A stretch of DNA of 62,375 nt, the filler included, from Choristocarpus tenellus KU-1152 (taxonomy: Eukaryota; Protista; Phaeophyceae), in assembly GCA_964200185.2 (NCBI GenBank). It is 7 parts of 7 records of this genome, joined end to end, with 100 filler letters (N's around TTAATTAATTAA, not from the genome) between each part and the next. Parts side by side here need not be neighbours in the genome. Positions count along the whole stretch, not along the records: positions 9,784 to 13,697 come from CAXNAD020017183.1; positions 13,798 to 22,771 come from CAXNAD020004144.1; positions 22,872 to 33,634 come from CAXNAD020002727.1; 4 more parts are not named here. One strand, written 5' to 3'. How positions within the stretch are numbered: position 1 is the first letter of the stretch; every line of letters begins with the position of its first letter. The position numbers and the translations under genes were made by a program. The notes under the pieces were generated by a model. That model was given only the letters and a program-made list of their open reading frames with translations, made no database searches and was not told where the DNA came from. Shown here one piece after another: positions 10,723-23,811 of this stretch.

Positions 10723-12770
10723 TCCTACAAGGTCTGGCGTCTCCAACATTGAGAACATAAACTGACCCGTTGTTATAAAGGCGTATCAATCCGTGTTGGA
10801 AAAACGTTTTCTACCTACACTACTGTACTCTAAACCCCCACTACATAGTACTGGTATAATTCTAACGAGTGCAAAATCTCAAGAGTATCTTTTCGGAGGC
10901 ATTTACATCGATGGTGACAGCGTGTACACTCGCCAAAACTAAGGTACTGTATTATGGAGGGATGAAGTCGCATTGTGATTGTAGGTGTCAGTACAAGTCT
11001 TGTTCGCCTAGCAGCTCATATCAACTGCCGTATAGAAGGCCTCTTCGTTTTGACCCCTGCGTAGGTTGTGCTTGGCGTATTGCTGGCATTGATGTGTCCA
11101 ACAGGGCCAATTTGTTCTTTGCGAGGAATCTGATGGTGACCACCCCTGAATTCTGATTCGTTCTGTGCGAGGATATCATCATTATTTGACCAAGTGTACA
11201 AATCGCCATGGTTGGTATTAGTAGTGCATTTTACATGTGAGTGTAACGCATCATCACCATTTTTCCGAATGCTTTGTATGGGATTAATAAATGCTGCACG
11301 CGGCATTGATAGGAACATTACTATTCCTTCTGATTGGGGATAGTAGGTTTTTGCTCTGAGGGTGAGAGATGTCTTTGTCTCCACAGGTGCAAGTCACAAT
11401 GGGCATGTTTTCCCATTCTTTTTGTGATATCAAGTACTTATCAGCTGCCGTGTCACAGAAAGTTGTCATGATGTCCACATGGAAGGTATATAGAATATTC
11501 CTCGGTCTTGTTGAGATTCTAAACACCTTGCACAGTTATGTTTTACCTGCACAACGTGTAACGCCGCCAATCAATACAGGTGCTCCACACTGCTTTTCGG
11601 TGCGGTTTGGAATGAAATAACAATAGATGCGTTCTTGTGAGTGCTGACTACAACACCTGTGGTGCATGATGTCTTTGCTACGTGAATAGTTGCCAGGAGA
11701 ACTACACTTGCTATTCTATTCTGCTGACCATCTTCATCATCACCCCAGCCACCGAGAGTCTTCGGGGTAAGGACCTCTTTGATTAGCTGAATGATTCAGG
11801 AAGACTGGGTCACACCATGTGACTTGATGCACAGTAATGCACACTTCACTGATGATACAGACAGGGTCTCTGTCAGGCAGTTCCTCTGCAGAAGAGCTTT
11901 CTGGCTTTCGCTGCTCTCTCCATCTCTCTCTCGTTAGCATGTCATCAGGGCCCATCAGATGCCACCATCACATTCTTCAAGCTCCAATCAAAACAGACCG
12001 GCCAAATACACCTGGACACATTAAAGGCAGCTTTTCTTGTTGCGCTATCCAGTTTTCCTGGTCGAAACACAGACATGATCAGTTTGCCACAAAAAATGAC
12101 CAGGTCTGTAGTTAATATGATACCCCAACTCTACAATACAAAATATCTAACCACACCTCAAACTGGGCAGAAAACTACCATGCTTACTGTGTTGTGCATT
12201 GGTGTCAGTTAAACTGCTTCGAAAACTCTTCATATACTCTGCTAAATTGCGAAAAGGTACATGCAGTACAAGAATCGCCAAGCTCTATGAGCAGAGCATA
12301 CAAAGTATATTTGTTGAAGTTTCCCACACTGGACTGGTGGTTAAGGCGATCGAGCATGTGCCTTGGTATGAATGCATAATATTAGTGTTGCAAGGGGTTT
12401 GTGGTCTCAATTACACTATCTGACCTCATGGGGCTCACAACAGGTAGCACCCATTGCTTTCCTATAGTGTGGGGTTTGCAATCATCCACACCAATATAAT
12501 ATGAATCCCTCACTTGCTTGTTTTTAGCATCACAAGCATATCTAGAACAGAGCAATCACTGGACACCAATGAGTCTATACATCTGGTTGGTATATCCGTA
12601 ACTGACTCGCCATCCTATGATGGACTCCATCAGTGGTATCCATGGTGTTTCAGCAGCACTATCCACGAAAAGTATTGACACGACACTCACAACCAAAATT
12701 CATTGCTGAAATTTTGGATTATAACGGGAAACAAGGACTACCTCTAGAAAGCAACCTCACAAATGTCAAT

Positions 12771-13637
12771 CTAATCCATATGATGTCCTTCTTGATATTC
12801 TTTTGCAGTGAGGAAGGACCAATGTCCTCGTCCTTTTGCCATCAGGACATGTGTGTGATACCTGCCTTGTTCCAAAAAAAGGTACCCACAGTATGTGTTG
12901 GGGTGTGTTTGTCAGGGGTTAGAGCTCAAAGTATCTGGGGGAGGGGAGGAGTCTACACAAGGGTGTCTATTTGGGCCCTGACAAGCAGAAGTTCACTCAC
13001 ATTATCCATTTGATGCATGCAACCAAATCACCCAAAAATCGCTACATGAAAAAATAGGCCAGAAATAGACAGTCGCCACCCCCATCCAGATGCTTTGAGC
13101 CTAGATGTAGCACTTCTTGCCCCACACTACTATAATAGTGAAGAATGTAATGTGTCATACTTCGAACTTGTACACCTATTAATGCTATACCCATTACTTT
13201 CATGGTTAAAAGGCATTACGCCCATTTGTTCCATACTCTGGGTGCATGCTTCAACAAGTAGAAGTAGATGGAATATACACACATACATACACACAACAGA
13301 ACAAGCAGCAGAACATGTTAGGAAAAAAAAAGGAGAGAGCGAGACCTCAGTCCATGCAAACGTATAACCTCCATCTGGTTTGAATACAGTGTTTAACCTT
13401 TCCGTGCATGTATAGAGAGCACTGATTGGATGGAGTCTTGGTTGTGAGTCACAATTTCTATTGCTTTCCCTACCTTAAAAGTGATGGGCGGTGTCCAACA
13501 CTAATAAAGGAACTGATACCAGCGCTTGCCAGCCATGAGTACAGGACTGCCTCGTTGGTCTCATCCAGTGCACTTGTAGCCTCATCCAGAAACACCACTT
13601 TGGGGTTGTTTGTCAGCAGTCGAGAGAACCCCAGCCG
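12771..13637 (-). CDS. ABC transporter subfamily D, last two exons (NBD C-terminus)
   Basis: Exon 13474-13637 RLGFSRLL...VFLDEATSALD...SVGHRPSLL (Walker B, D-loop, H-switch) splices in phase to exon 12771-12861 RYHTHVL...GHW...stop. GT-AG intron. Upstream exons are not in this contig. Confidence 0.88.
12923..13101 (+). mobile_element. MITE family A (~180 bp), TSD TAG, inside the ABCD intron
   Basis: AGCTCAAAGTATCTG...CAGATGCTTTGAGCC; TAG at 12920-12922 and 13102-13104. Confidence 0.88.
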
Positions 13638-13678
13638 CTGCACAGCAAGGAAGAAGGTGCAACGGGGAATGGAGACAG

Positions 13679-14009
13679 GGGTCAAAGTATCTGGGGGNNN
13701 NNNNNNNNNNNNNNNNNNNNNNNNNNNNNNNNNNNNNNNNNTTAATTAATTAANNNNNNNNNNNNNNNNNNNNNNNNNNNNNNNNNNNNNNNNNNNNCAG
13801 CATGTTCTTGGAAACATTTGTAGGAAAGGGACGGGGTGGTGGGGGGGGGCGGGGGGGGGGGTCTAACCAGAGTGTCCATTTAGGTCAAGACCAGGAAAAG
13901 TGCACTTTCATTATCCATCCAACGTATGGAACCACATCACCCAAAAACCGTAACATGAAAAAATTGGCCTCAAAAGGACAGCCGCCTCCCCCCCCAGATA
14001 CTTTGACCC
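13679..14009 (+). mobile_element. MITE family A ends on either side of an assembly gap
   Basis: Left end GGGTCAAAGTATCTGGGGG at 13679-13697; body and right end CAGATACTTTGACCC at ~13832-14009. Confidence 0.8.
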
Positions 14010-14795
14010 AGAATCATAAACTTTACTCACAGAGGCAAAATGTGTATATTTCCCTTGACCAATGTCGCATTCCTCTCTAAACAATCTCAATGCTCTAAAA
14101 AACCCATCCTCCTCGCCCTCCCATACCTGTCTCTTTCGGCAGACTGAAATGGCTGCACTAAGGATTTCAATGTTCACAACAAAATTGCACCCTTCTGGTT
14201 TCCAGGACCGCCTGTGGAATATCGTGATTGGTGTGGTAGTATGAGAGCAATGAGGAAAAAAATAACGTTTTTTGATCCTGGTCTACGGGCATGCTTCCCA
14301 TGATATGACACTAGACGACTAAGGACACCCTGGAGTGGTTCTCTGAAGTGGGACTGCATTTCATTTCGAGGGACTTCATTGTCTGCTGTATGGAACTCAA
14401 CCAGCAATGCACATTTTATGCATCACCTAGCACACTTCTAATACATTCTCTCCAGAATTAGGGTTAGGGTTTGTGAATGAGGTCAATAGATTTCCTGCCT
14501 GTGTTGAGAAATACTACTTCTGTATGAACAAACGACCCTGACACTGAGATTCTGCAACTGGTCTTCCTATGACTTTTGTAGATTTTTTTTTTCCATGTGT
14601 CAAAGCACATAGTGATCCACTGCAAGCAGGATCCCAGCATGCATGGCACCTTCAAAGTGGAGCCTGCAAAACAAGGATACTCTTCAGCCAACCGATTATG
14701 TATAATCCTAAAAGAACACAGTAAAGAACGTGCTAGTACCTGACTGTTCAACACCACCATTGCAGTTGTTCAATGATACAACAATTATACCTATT

Positions 14796-15053
14796 GAGCC
14801 AAAGTATCTTAGAGGGTAGAGCCGCGTCCATTTCGGGGTCAAATTTGAATGTTCCGATTTTGATGTAATTTTGACTATCATGTTTTTGAGGAAGTGTCAA
14901 TATCCTTGTTCCGGACACACCTTTTCATCACGTGCAAATTTTACCTACTCCGAAACATATCGGAGTAGGGAAAAGTCATAAAACACCTGTGGAAAGCCAA
15001 GTCCCATATGGACAAACAGGGAAAAAATCGTACCCTCTAAGATACTTTCACTC
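14796..15053 (-). mobile_element. MITE family B
   Basis: GAGCCAAAGTATCTTAGAGGGTA...TACCCTCTAAGATACTTTCACTC; body is the reverse complement of the 8029 copy; no clean TSD. Confidence 0.88.
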
Positions 15054-15654
15054 AACCCGTGATCCGTGCACTGAGACCTTGAGCTCCTTGAGAGTCTTCC
15101 AACGTGAGCACAAAGAGAAGCGCTGTCCACTCAAGATGGCCGCGAGCTTCTCAGCCGCGTCTTCTGTGTCTGTGCCCAGTTTAACGAACATGCTCTCGAC
15201 ACTTCCCTTGTCGAGGAGGTTCGCACTAACCTAACCGTAAACTCTTGGGACACGAATGTCAATGTGGCAAGGTCCATGGTATGCATCATGTTGAGGCTTG
15301 CTACTATCACCTCTGTGGTGGTCCTCTTCCCCTTGGAGTTGTTGGTGCTCCCGTTTGTTGCTCTGTGGAATGATAGGGGGGTGGGGTGTGAGCACTGGTA
15401 GCGACCAACACAGTTAAGATGCATGCAGGGGCGGATACATGCGATTAGTGATGGAAGCAAGGGTATTGTTAGTGGGGAAAAGGCGGGGAGTGTTGCAACA
15501 ATAGTAGGGGCAGAATATATGATTTATGGTTTCATGATCGATAGCGTCTGCGATTTCTGTTTGCGCACGTGAATATTGTCAAACCGATGTTGCTCAAACA
15601 AGGTCTTTTGTTTTTGCTGTCGATACCGTGAGTTGCCAACATTTGTGGAACTGC

Positions 15655-15850
15655 AAAAGGTAGCAATTTTTAACGCATGGGCAAAACATGAATAACCCAA
15701 CTTGATATCTTTTGGCCGACAGTAGTAGGTAGCAATTTTGAATGCATGGGCAAAACATGAATAACCCAACATGATATCTTTCCCCTGACAGCAATAGGTA
15801 GCAATTTTAAACGCACAAGGAAAACATGAATAACCCAATTTGATTTCTTT
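15655..15850. repeat. 69-bp tandem repeat, about 3 copies
   Basis: GGTAGCAATTTT...AAAACATGAATAACCCAA starts at 15659, 15728 and 15797. Confidence 0.9.
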
Positions 15851-17299
15851 CGTTGAATGGGAGAAGATAGGCATTTAAAAAGAGTGCCGAGCGCGGTTTT
15901 AACAGTGGATGCGCGCGCTTCGTACTCACAACTTTAAGGGTAGTGAGGGTTAGGGTATGGTGCGTCATTATTACTATCGGCTTACGGCGATAATATTGGA
16001 AGATTCCTATATTATCATTACAAGAGACATTTCATATTCTTACATATCTGGATTCTGTTCACATATGTACATACGTGGATGGGGGGTTCTCAATCTTCTT
16101 CGATTTAGGAACATAATCTTTGTAATGTCGACATAGTTGTAAGTTATTGCATGTTTGGTTCTTTTTTCCGTTTGTTGTTTATAATCGTGTAGACAGTGGC
16201 GACGGCTGTTACATTACCATACTGAGTTGTATGTCGTAACTACGGTCTAATTACTGTTTTCACGTAATTGGGTTGGCTATTCATAAAGTGGGTATTTCGT
16301 ATTGTGGGGTGGCTGATTACGAAATGCGGACATGGACAGATGAAGTTATATTAGTGGTCTTTATTGGAGATTTAGGGTCGGATGAACGCTTAGGGTTGGC
16401 AATGTGATCTGACAAAAGGATGTAAAGGGATGAGAAAGTGTGAACCACCTCATTATTGTGCAAAAAGAGTGGAGAGTATAACGCCCTTGCAAGCATTGGA
16501 AGGGGTATCTGCATTGTAGGGTGAAAGGGTTGGATGAGTGTGGGACAGTGTAAGGGTTACATGTATAAAGGACCGCTTGGTTTGTGTCTTTAATAAACTC
16601 GAGATGGCCTCCACTGTTTACCTGCCGACTGCTACTGAACTGAAAAATCGGAAACTAGCCAAGAGTTTTTGAACATTTCCTATCCTGTTTATCTGTGAAC
16701 ATGCGTAATGAGAACGAGGTCTGGACTTCTTGCATCGGTTTGAGGTCATGTGTAGTGCCAAACGTACCCGAGTAGGGTAGAATTGACATCATATGTTTAT
16801 TCCAAGACCATGGTATACTACTTTTACGATATCGACAACGGGCTAAGTGTCTCGGAAAAGGTCCTTTGGGGATCCAACATTGTATGACCATTTTTCGGGG
16901 GTGGGTTTGGTTCTTTAGAGTGAACCAGGGTTGGGCAAGAGGGTTATAGCACGGATGACATAGTGATTGTTGGGGGCATGGTCTTTTATTGGGCGGTGAG
17001 CACTTAAGAGTACAAACGCTGTACACAGAACATGCCCTGTGCCCACGTCTACGACAGATCTCGAACAATGGTTTCCTAAGGTGGATTGGGGGTTCGAATC
17101 CTGAAAATACGTGTGTGTGTCGGGACAGGGAGTTTCTGCTATTTGTGGGTGGCCCAGATTTACATTGCGACCGGTCGCATTCTGACCACACAGGGAACCC
17201 TAAGACGATGCGTGGTGTGGTCGACGTGCGGTGTGGAAACGTGTTTACAACATTCATGCTTTTCGTCAATGTTGCTATAGGTTCAATTCGAGCCGTTCA

Positions 17300-18200
17300 T
17301 CATACAGAGAAGTGCGATGGAAAAAAAGTCCGAACGCGTTCCACACCCTAAACGGTTGCTTCACGGGAAGGGGTGGACTCAGAACGACGGTGTGAGAGCT
17401 CGGATAAGTTGGAGGATAAGGATTTTGGTGGAGGCCTATTACATTAGGGCTATGCTATTGAGCCGTGGGATACACCACGGCACATACATGCACGTATAAA
17501 TAATGCGAGTATGGTCATGTCGCATCGTTTGTAATTGGTGTTATATTATGATAGTGTTTAATGAGATTGGTTTTGTGGGAATGCTCCTGAACCATGGTCT
17601 GCACAAACGGTATGCTTTTCCTTGTACGAAACTCACCTCCAACTTTCCTTTAGAGGCATGGCGAAGTTCGGTGATTAGCTCGTACCTCTCCTTTGATTGA
17701 GTGATTACTGCATGGGGTGGGGACATAGTGAACCATACAGGGGAAACCGGTACAAAGGAGTAGAACACGTTTTGTGCGTCGGGTCAGGTCTAGAGGGCAT
17801 GGGTGGTCGCGTTCGGGTTAGATCGTTCATGAAACTGTGGCCCAGATCCTCAAGTACCTCGAAGGGACGCGAGAGTTGGGTCTAACCTATACCAGAAAGG
17901 CACAGGATTGAACTTGATGACCTACACTGATGCGGATTTTGTCAATGAGGCTTTTGGTAGACGTTCTGCATTGGGGGGGGCAGTGATGTGTGGGGGAACA
18001 GCAGTTTGTTGGCTTTCCAGGACCCAACGTTCCATAGCACAGTCGACTGCAGAGGCAGAACACATAGCCATGGGAGACTGTGCGAAGGAGTTGTAGTTTC
18101 TGCAAGGTGTGTTGGAGTTCTTGTAACCTGATAGAACTGGGAGTGACACTTACAGTTGACGAGGATGAATACCCTGGAAGTCGGTTCAGTAGGTTGGATT
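17300..18200 (+). mobile_element. Decayed Ty1/copia pol (RT-RNase H)
   Basis: KRLLHGKGWTQNDGV (cf. KARLVAKGFTQ), ILKYLEGTRELGLTY, then YTDADF...RRSALGG...GTAVCWLSRTQRSIAQSTAEAEHIA; contains stops and frameshifts. Confidence 0.88.
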
Positions 18201-19022
18201 CCCAATATCATAGTAGTAGAAGCACTCCTGTATTGACACAAAGCACTCGTAGGAAACCATGAAACCCAACACTGCTACCCTAAACAATACACACACGCAC
18301 AAAGTCACCCACGTTGTTACTTCTGTGGTGAATGTATGCCTTATGCCCAGGATGTGGTCATCATATCAAGAGCACAAAAGAGCCTGGCCAAGGTGATGGC
18401 AGTGATGATCATGGTGTGTAAAGTCATTTGAACTGACCGCGTCGGAGAAGAAGGTGGAGACCGCGTGCGTCCGGTTCTCCATAGGGCAGCAGACACAATA
18501 CATTATCAAGGGTACAAGGTAACGGCACAATCAGATTGACAAGGTTGTTCATCTCAGGCTCAACCAGTGATAATCCTCCTGATATAATTCTCACAATGAT
18601 CTACCAGCAGGTCCAACAGGCAAGGAGATGCTTCATACATTGAAGAAATATACAACTGAGCAATTGGCGTACCACTTAAGCTTTGAATGTTCAAGGCTGA
18701 AGGAACTGCTGGTGTAAGTCAAGGTTTCCTTCAGTGTTTGAGGGCCTCAGTTGAAGGGTGGGGTTCAATCGTGGAAAACCCAAACAGGTGTTATTATTAT
18801 GTGGAGGATGGTGCAAAACAATTCATGGATTGTCTAGCATTCTGATGTAGAGATTAACACAGTCGCAGCCACTGCTTTCTGGCCACTGTCACTTATAGCA
18901 CATGTGGCATTTCCTGCTGAGCTTTGGGTTGGAAGTAAGGTCTTACTGAGGACACGACCCGTAGAATTGATGGTAGTATCTTTGTGTTGCCGGTGGTTGT
19001 GTGGAACTTTGTCTAATTTTCT

Positions 19023-19204
19023 GGCTCAAAATATCTGGGAGGTGTGTGGCGGCTGTGCATTTGGACCCAATTTTTTGAAGTTGCGATTTTTTGATGATTT
19101 GGTTGTATACTTCGGATGGATAATGGAAGTGCACTTTTCCTGGTTATGACCCAAATGGACACACTAGTGTAGACTCCCCCCCCCCCCCCCAGATACTTTG
19201 GGTC
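19023..19204 (-). mobile_element. MITE family A, TSD TCT
   Basis: GGCTCAAAATATCTG...CAGATACTTTGGGTC; TCT on both sides. Confidence 0.88.
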
Positions 19205-19425
19205 TCTAATGTGTGACTATGTGTGATATATGGCATTCCTTGGACAATTAGTAACAGTGGTTATTGGTGGAGCTGATACCTATTAGGGTTCTATATTTGA
19301 CTAGTGGATCTCTCTTTTGCCATGTTGTCTCATTATTTTCTGGCATTCCTTGCATGCATTTGTAGCTGGGTTGTTTTGGCGCTACTTCTCTTCAACTCAC
19401 ATGCTTGCGTTTGTTGCTTTCTTTT

Positions 19426-19675
19426 GAGTGAAAGTATCTTAGAGGGTACGAGTTTTGCCCTGTTTGTCCTTTTGGGGCTTGGCTTCCGATGGGTTTTTTA
19501 TGACATTTTTGCTACTCTGAAACAAGTAGGTAATATGTATGTTATGAAAAGGTGTGTCCGGAACAAGGATATTGGCACTTCCTAACAAACACGATAGTCA
19601 AATCACGTCAAAATGACAACATTGGATTTTGGCCTCCAAATGGACGCGGCTCTACCCTCTAAGATACTTTGACTC
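19426..19675 (+). mobile_element. MITE family B, TSD TTT
   Basis: GAGTGAAAGTATCTTAGAGGGTA...TACCCTCTAAGATACTTTGACTC. Confidence 0.9.
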
Positions 19676-19999
19676 TTTCATACATGTTTTTTTATCTAGT
19701 GCGTGTTGATAAATTCCACTAGGTGGTTTCTTTGAAGTGGCGATGTTGTTTGATCAAGCATCATATGCAAGAATGGAAAAGGGCATTCCTTCTGGTTAGA
19801 GTTTGCTGTTTCATTCATGGTTGCTTGCACACGTGAACCTCTTACTATTCCTGAGCACAGGTGGGAAATTGAGATGGAGGGAGATAGAAAATATTTAAGA
19901 GACTTGAGGTTGGCCATTGCCCCTTCAGATCTTTTGGATTTGATATTGGTATATTGTTCGCTAGAGGCGTGTGCCACTCTTTCTATCAACTCTTGTGAA

Positions 20000-20269
20000 G
20001 AGTCAAATCATTTATGAGGGTAGGGTCGCGTCCGTTTGGGGTTCAAAATCCAATGTTGCCATTTTGATTAATTTTGGCTATCGTGTTTGCAAGCAAGTGT
20101 CAATATCCTTGTTCCGGACACACCTTTCATAGTTGTACTCCGAAATATTTTGGAGTAGGTAACTTGGGTTCACACAGTAAAACAAAAAAGGGCGTAATAA
20201 AACCGTTGAAAGCCAAGCCCCAAACCGACAAATAGGTCAAACCTCCTACCCTCTTAAATGCTTTGGGTC
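20000..20269 (-). mobile_element. MITE family B (older copy), TSD GAA
   Basis: Degenerate TIRs GAGTCAAATCATTTATGAGGGTA...TACCCTCTTAAATGCTTTGGGTC; GAA at 19997-19999 and 20270-20272. Confidence 0.82.
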
Positions 20270-22716
20270 GAATATCATCTACACAAAGCAGGTATTCCAG
20301 TTCACAGTTTCATCACGAACCAGTGTACTTTATCAAACAGTTCAATCGATTTGCTGCTTTCATAGATGTATGTGCTGTTGTATGGAATAGAACTGCATCA
20401 GAAGGGGAACCCATTGACCGTTTGTGAGGTTCTTAAAGCAACACGGCCACTTTGCACACGTAGTTTGCATACTCTGTAAATCTTTGTTGTACACAAACTG
20501 CTTGAGTGCTATATTAAATGTAACTCGTAGAAATATGAATTAAGCCGTTTGTTTAAATAATTGCGTGGTCTTATGTATTTTCAGGGACAGCCCCATGCGC
20601 AGGTGCCGTTGTTTGTATGTAGGGCATATGTGTCTTCAATCGTCTGAAGGGCGGGTTTGGTGCCTTGATGCCCCAAAACTTCTTGGCTTTTCAATACATT
20701 AATTGAGACATCATTTTCTTGTTGTCCCATGATTTGTCCCCATGGTAAAGGGGTCCTGTTGTAGTTGTTGATGTAATTATTTAATTATAAAGTACTATTA
20801 ATGAGCGGTGGTTTGAGGTGACAACATGCTTCCTTATTACACTTCCATCCTCACCATCAACCGCTTTTTTCCATTTGTATTCCCATCAGCCCATATTATT
20901 AATAGTCAAGCCGAGGTATTTTAACTCCACATTTCTGCAACAACTGTTTTGATGTAGTACTACATACTACAAAATAATTTATTGTTGAAGTATCCCTTAC
21001 CCCATGGATGAGTAGAGAAGACAGACATTCAGTTTGTGCTTGATTGTGTAGGGTGATTGGTTGGGGTAAGATGGGGTATGTTGTTAAAACATAGGCTATT
21101 CATTTGTTTATTCCTTGATACGATACAGTTCCACCAGTCAATACTGACTGTTGATTGGGGTGTTACGCACTGGTCGTTACTGTCACTGGTTCATCATCAC
21201 CACGTCAATTACTGCCAGAACAACCCAGAACAGAACAGTCGCTCTGCATTCTACACTCAGGAATAGTATGCATCACTTGAGTTGCATCACATGTTGATTC
21301 AAGCTTGTTCTGTTGTTCTGTTGTATGCCCTTTGTTTTCTCTCTCTTTCTTCTTCTTAGCAGCAGAAGATGACAGTTGTATGTTAATTGTTTACTATTAT
21401 TTATTCCTTGGTTGTCGTTGACCCCTCAAAATGCACCAAGCTCAATCTGCACTAAGTGTACCTGATGCACGCCTGGATGTTATATAGCCAGAGTTAAACC
21501 ATCCACGGAAACCCTTATCTGCCAAGGTAACAAGCCTCTCCACAGAGCATGGGCTTCTTTCGTTGAGTATTTCATGAAAGAACACTGAATTCACATCACA
21601 TCATTCTTGACTGAGCGATCAATGGCCTCAGTTACAACATAATAAATACATCGGTGCTTTGCAGCACAATCACATCTCTTCATAACACAGACTACGCATT
21701 TTACTCATCGGTGCTTTGCAGCACTATGATTCCTCATTGCACGTAGACTGCGCATTTTGCTCAGAAGTACAATGCATTCGATTAAGGTCTTAACATATGT
21801 GAACACCTTGTCGTATCAGAAGTCCTTTCCTTCAACCTTGTCCCACATAATGGAATAGTTCTGGCTTCATCAACGTACAGCATTAAGGTCCTGACTCTAC
21901 ACATATATACCACTATTAAGAGCGCTCTCCGATACAGATGGGAAGGATCTGCATGAATATTCTCCCTTAATCACATAACCACGATGGTTCATGATATTGA
22001 GGAATATCACAAGCACAAACACGAAGAAAATCCCGAGCTTACTGAGAACCAAACCAAGAGATAGGCAGGGTTGCATTTAAGAATCCTGAGAATGGGCAAA
22101 AAGATTTCCAACTGCAGAAACAGCCATTACTGAATCGTGCTGTGGCGACACTTTGTGTGTGAATAGGTGTGATATCAATTTTGCGCATACTATTGTGCAC
22201 AAAATGCAATGAGATAGAATGTATTACTCAAGGGTAAGAAAAATGTCTTACACTGCAAAATAGTCCAAACCTGCCTACCTCTCAATTGGTTTGGCTCTGA
22301 ATATATAATGAAAACCAACAACATTCAACTACGACACATAGCCTTGCAATGTAAGTTGTAACTCGGCATACCTCTAAAAAGGTCTATCTATCAAGTGTTG
22401 AGCACGTCTGCTTGCTACATCTTTCACATGACATGCATGATTCCTATTTTTCCCCTGGCTTCCTAGTCCCCCAGAAAACTGCTTTGCATATTTATGTGCT
22501 TGCTTCTTGAACTCAGGGTGTTAGCCAAATGAATGACCCTTGCAAAGTCTTTGTAAGCAAAATATCAGGACACCAACCTAGACAGGGTGTACAAACTCGA
22601 TTACACCCAGTCAGGGGCTCAAATGCACCTTCTTATCCAGTCAGACTAGATGAAGGCATCCTTGAAATCTAGATGTTCCAGTGTTAGGTCCAATTCATAC
22701 CCCAGAATGACCATCA

Positions 22717-22889
22717 GCCTCAAAGTTTCTTGGGGGGGGGGGGAACCACACCAGGGTGTCCATTTGGGCCCNNNNNNNNNNNNNNNNNNNNNNNNNNNNN
22801 NNNNNNNNNNNNNNNTTAATTAATTAANNNNNNNNNNNNNNNNNNNNNNNNNNNNNNNNNNNNNNNNNNNNTCCCAGATAATTTGGGTC
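22717..22889 (+). mobile_element. MITE family A spanning an assembly gap
   Basis: Left part at 22717-22771 and right TIR CAGATAATTTGGGTC ending at 22889. Confidence 0.75.
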
Positions 22890-22963
22890 ATGGGTGGGCG
22901 TTCAGGCACGGACTCAGAGTCCCCGCCTGTCGGGAGTGACCCCGGAATGTCCCCAAACTCCCA

Positions 22964-23811
22964 TTGGTGGGCAGTGGCGGCGATGAGTCACATGTGCCAG
23001 GGGACATCTACGACCATACTGTGAGGCGAAGTGAGAACCGCGTCCATGACGATCCTACCCCAACCGCGAGTGACACGCCTTCCGAGAAGGGTAAAGGAAA
23101 GGGGAAAAGTACGCTACTTAGGAAGAAGGGAGTGAGAGAAGGTGCTGGACGGATGAGACCCTTCAAACAGCCTCGTGGTCCTGATGGCAGCACTTTAGAG
23201 CCTGGGGTCTACGCAGACGTCTTCACTTCTGCCAAAATGGGCAGATACGCGGTAAATCCGTGTTCATCTACCTCGAGATACGACAATGACAACGTAAGGT
23301 CATTGCATGGTGATGATGATTGTGTCACACAGGACGCGGCCGACTCCGGCGATGCATCCGATGTGGGGATCACCGAAGCCTTCATGGAGGCGTGCATTGC
23401 CGAGCTCCTACGATCGGCATCAAAACCTGCTTCTTCACGGTATCGAGTGCAGACTCAAATCCTCAACCAACCAAGTCATATACGACCATGGGTTCAGGAT
23501 CATCAAGGCCGGTAAAGGGGCCGTTTCTCTTGTTTTCGGGGATGAATACTACGTCTACGAGCTCACACAGGTTAAACTAGGAGATCTTGGAGGGAAGCCA
23601 GGCAACACATTGCATCCCGAGCATGTGGAAGCACTCCAGGCGAGGAAGGCTATCTATCTTCTTGAGCCTCGTGAAGCCCGAACCTTGGAACGCCAGGTAC
23701 TCCACACGCCTAAATCTATGGCACCTTCTTGTCGAGGCATACCCTAAGCTTGCAGAGTGGTGGGAGAAGGGTGACGAATGCAACTTCGAGTCCGCCCACC
23801 AATTGAAATAG
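22964..23811 (+). pseudogene. Frameshifted, intronless coding-like segment of unknown family
   Basis: GC-richer than its flanks; three overlapping ORFs (22964-23515, 23307-23747, 23587-23811) read like one protein broken by two frameshifts. No motif recognised. Confidence 0.35.

Noticed and set aside
11016-11620. Possible copia RNase H remnant (ALHSHVK; GVVTIRFLAKNKLA)
   Set aside because: Resemblance too weak; catalytic motifs not recoverable.
15054-15365. Exon-like GC-richer segment as part of the ABCD gene
   Set aside because: No ABC motifs, and it lies on a different contig; identity unresolved.
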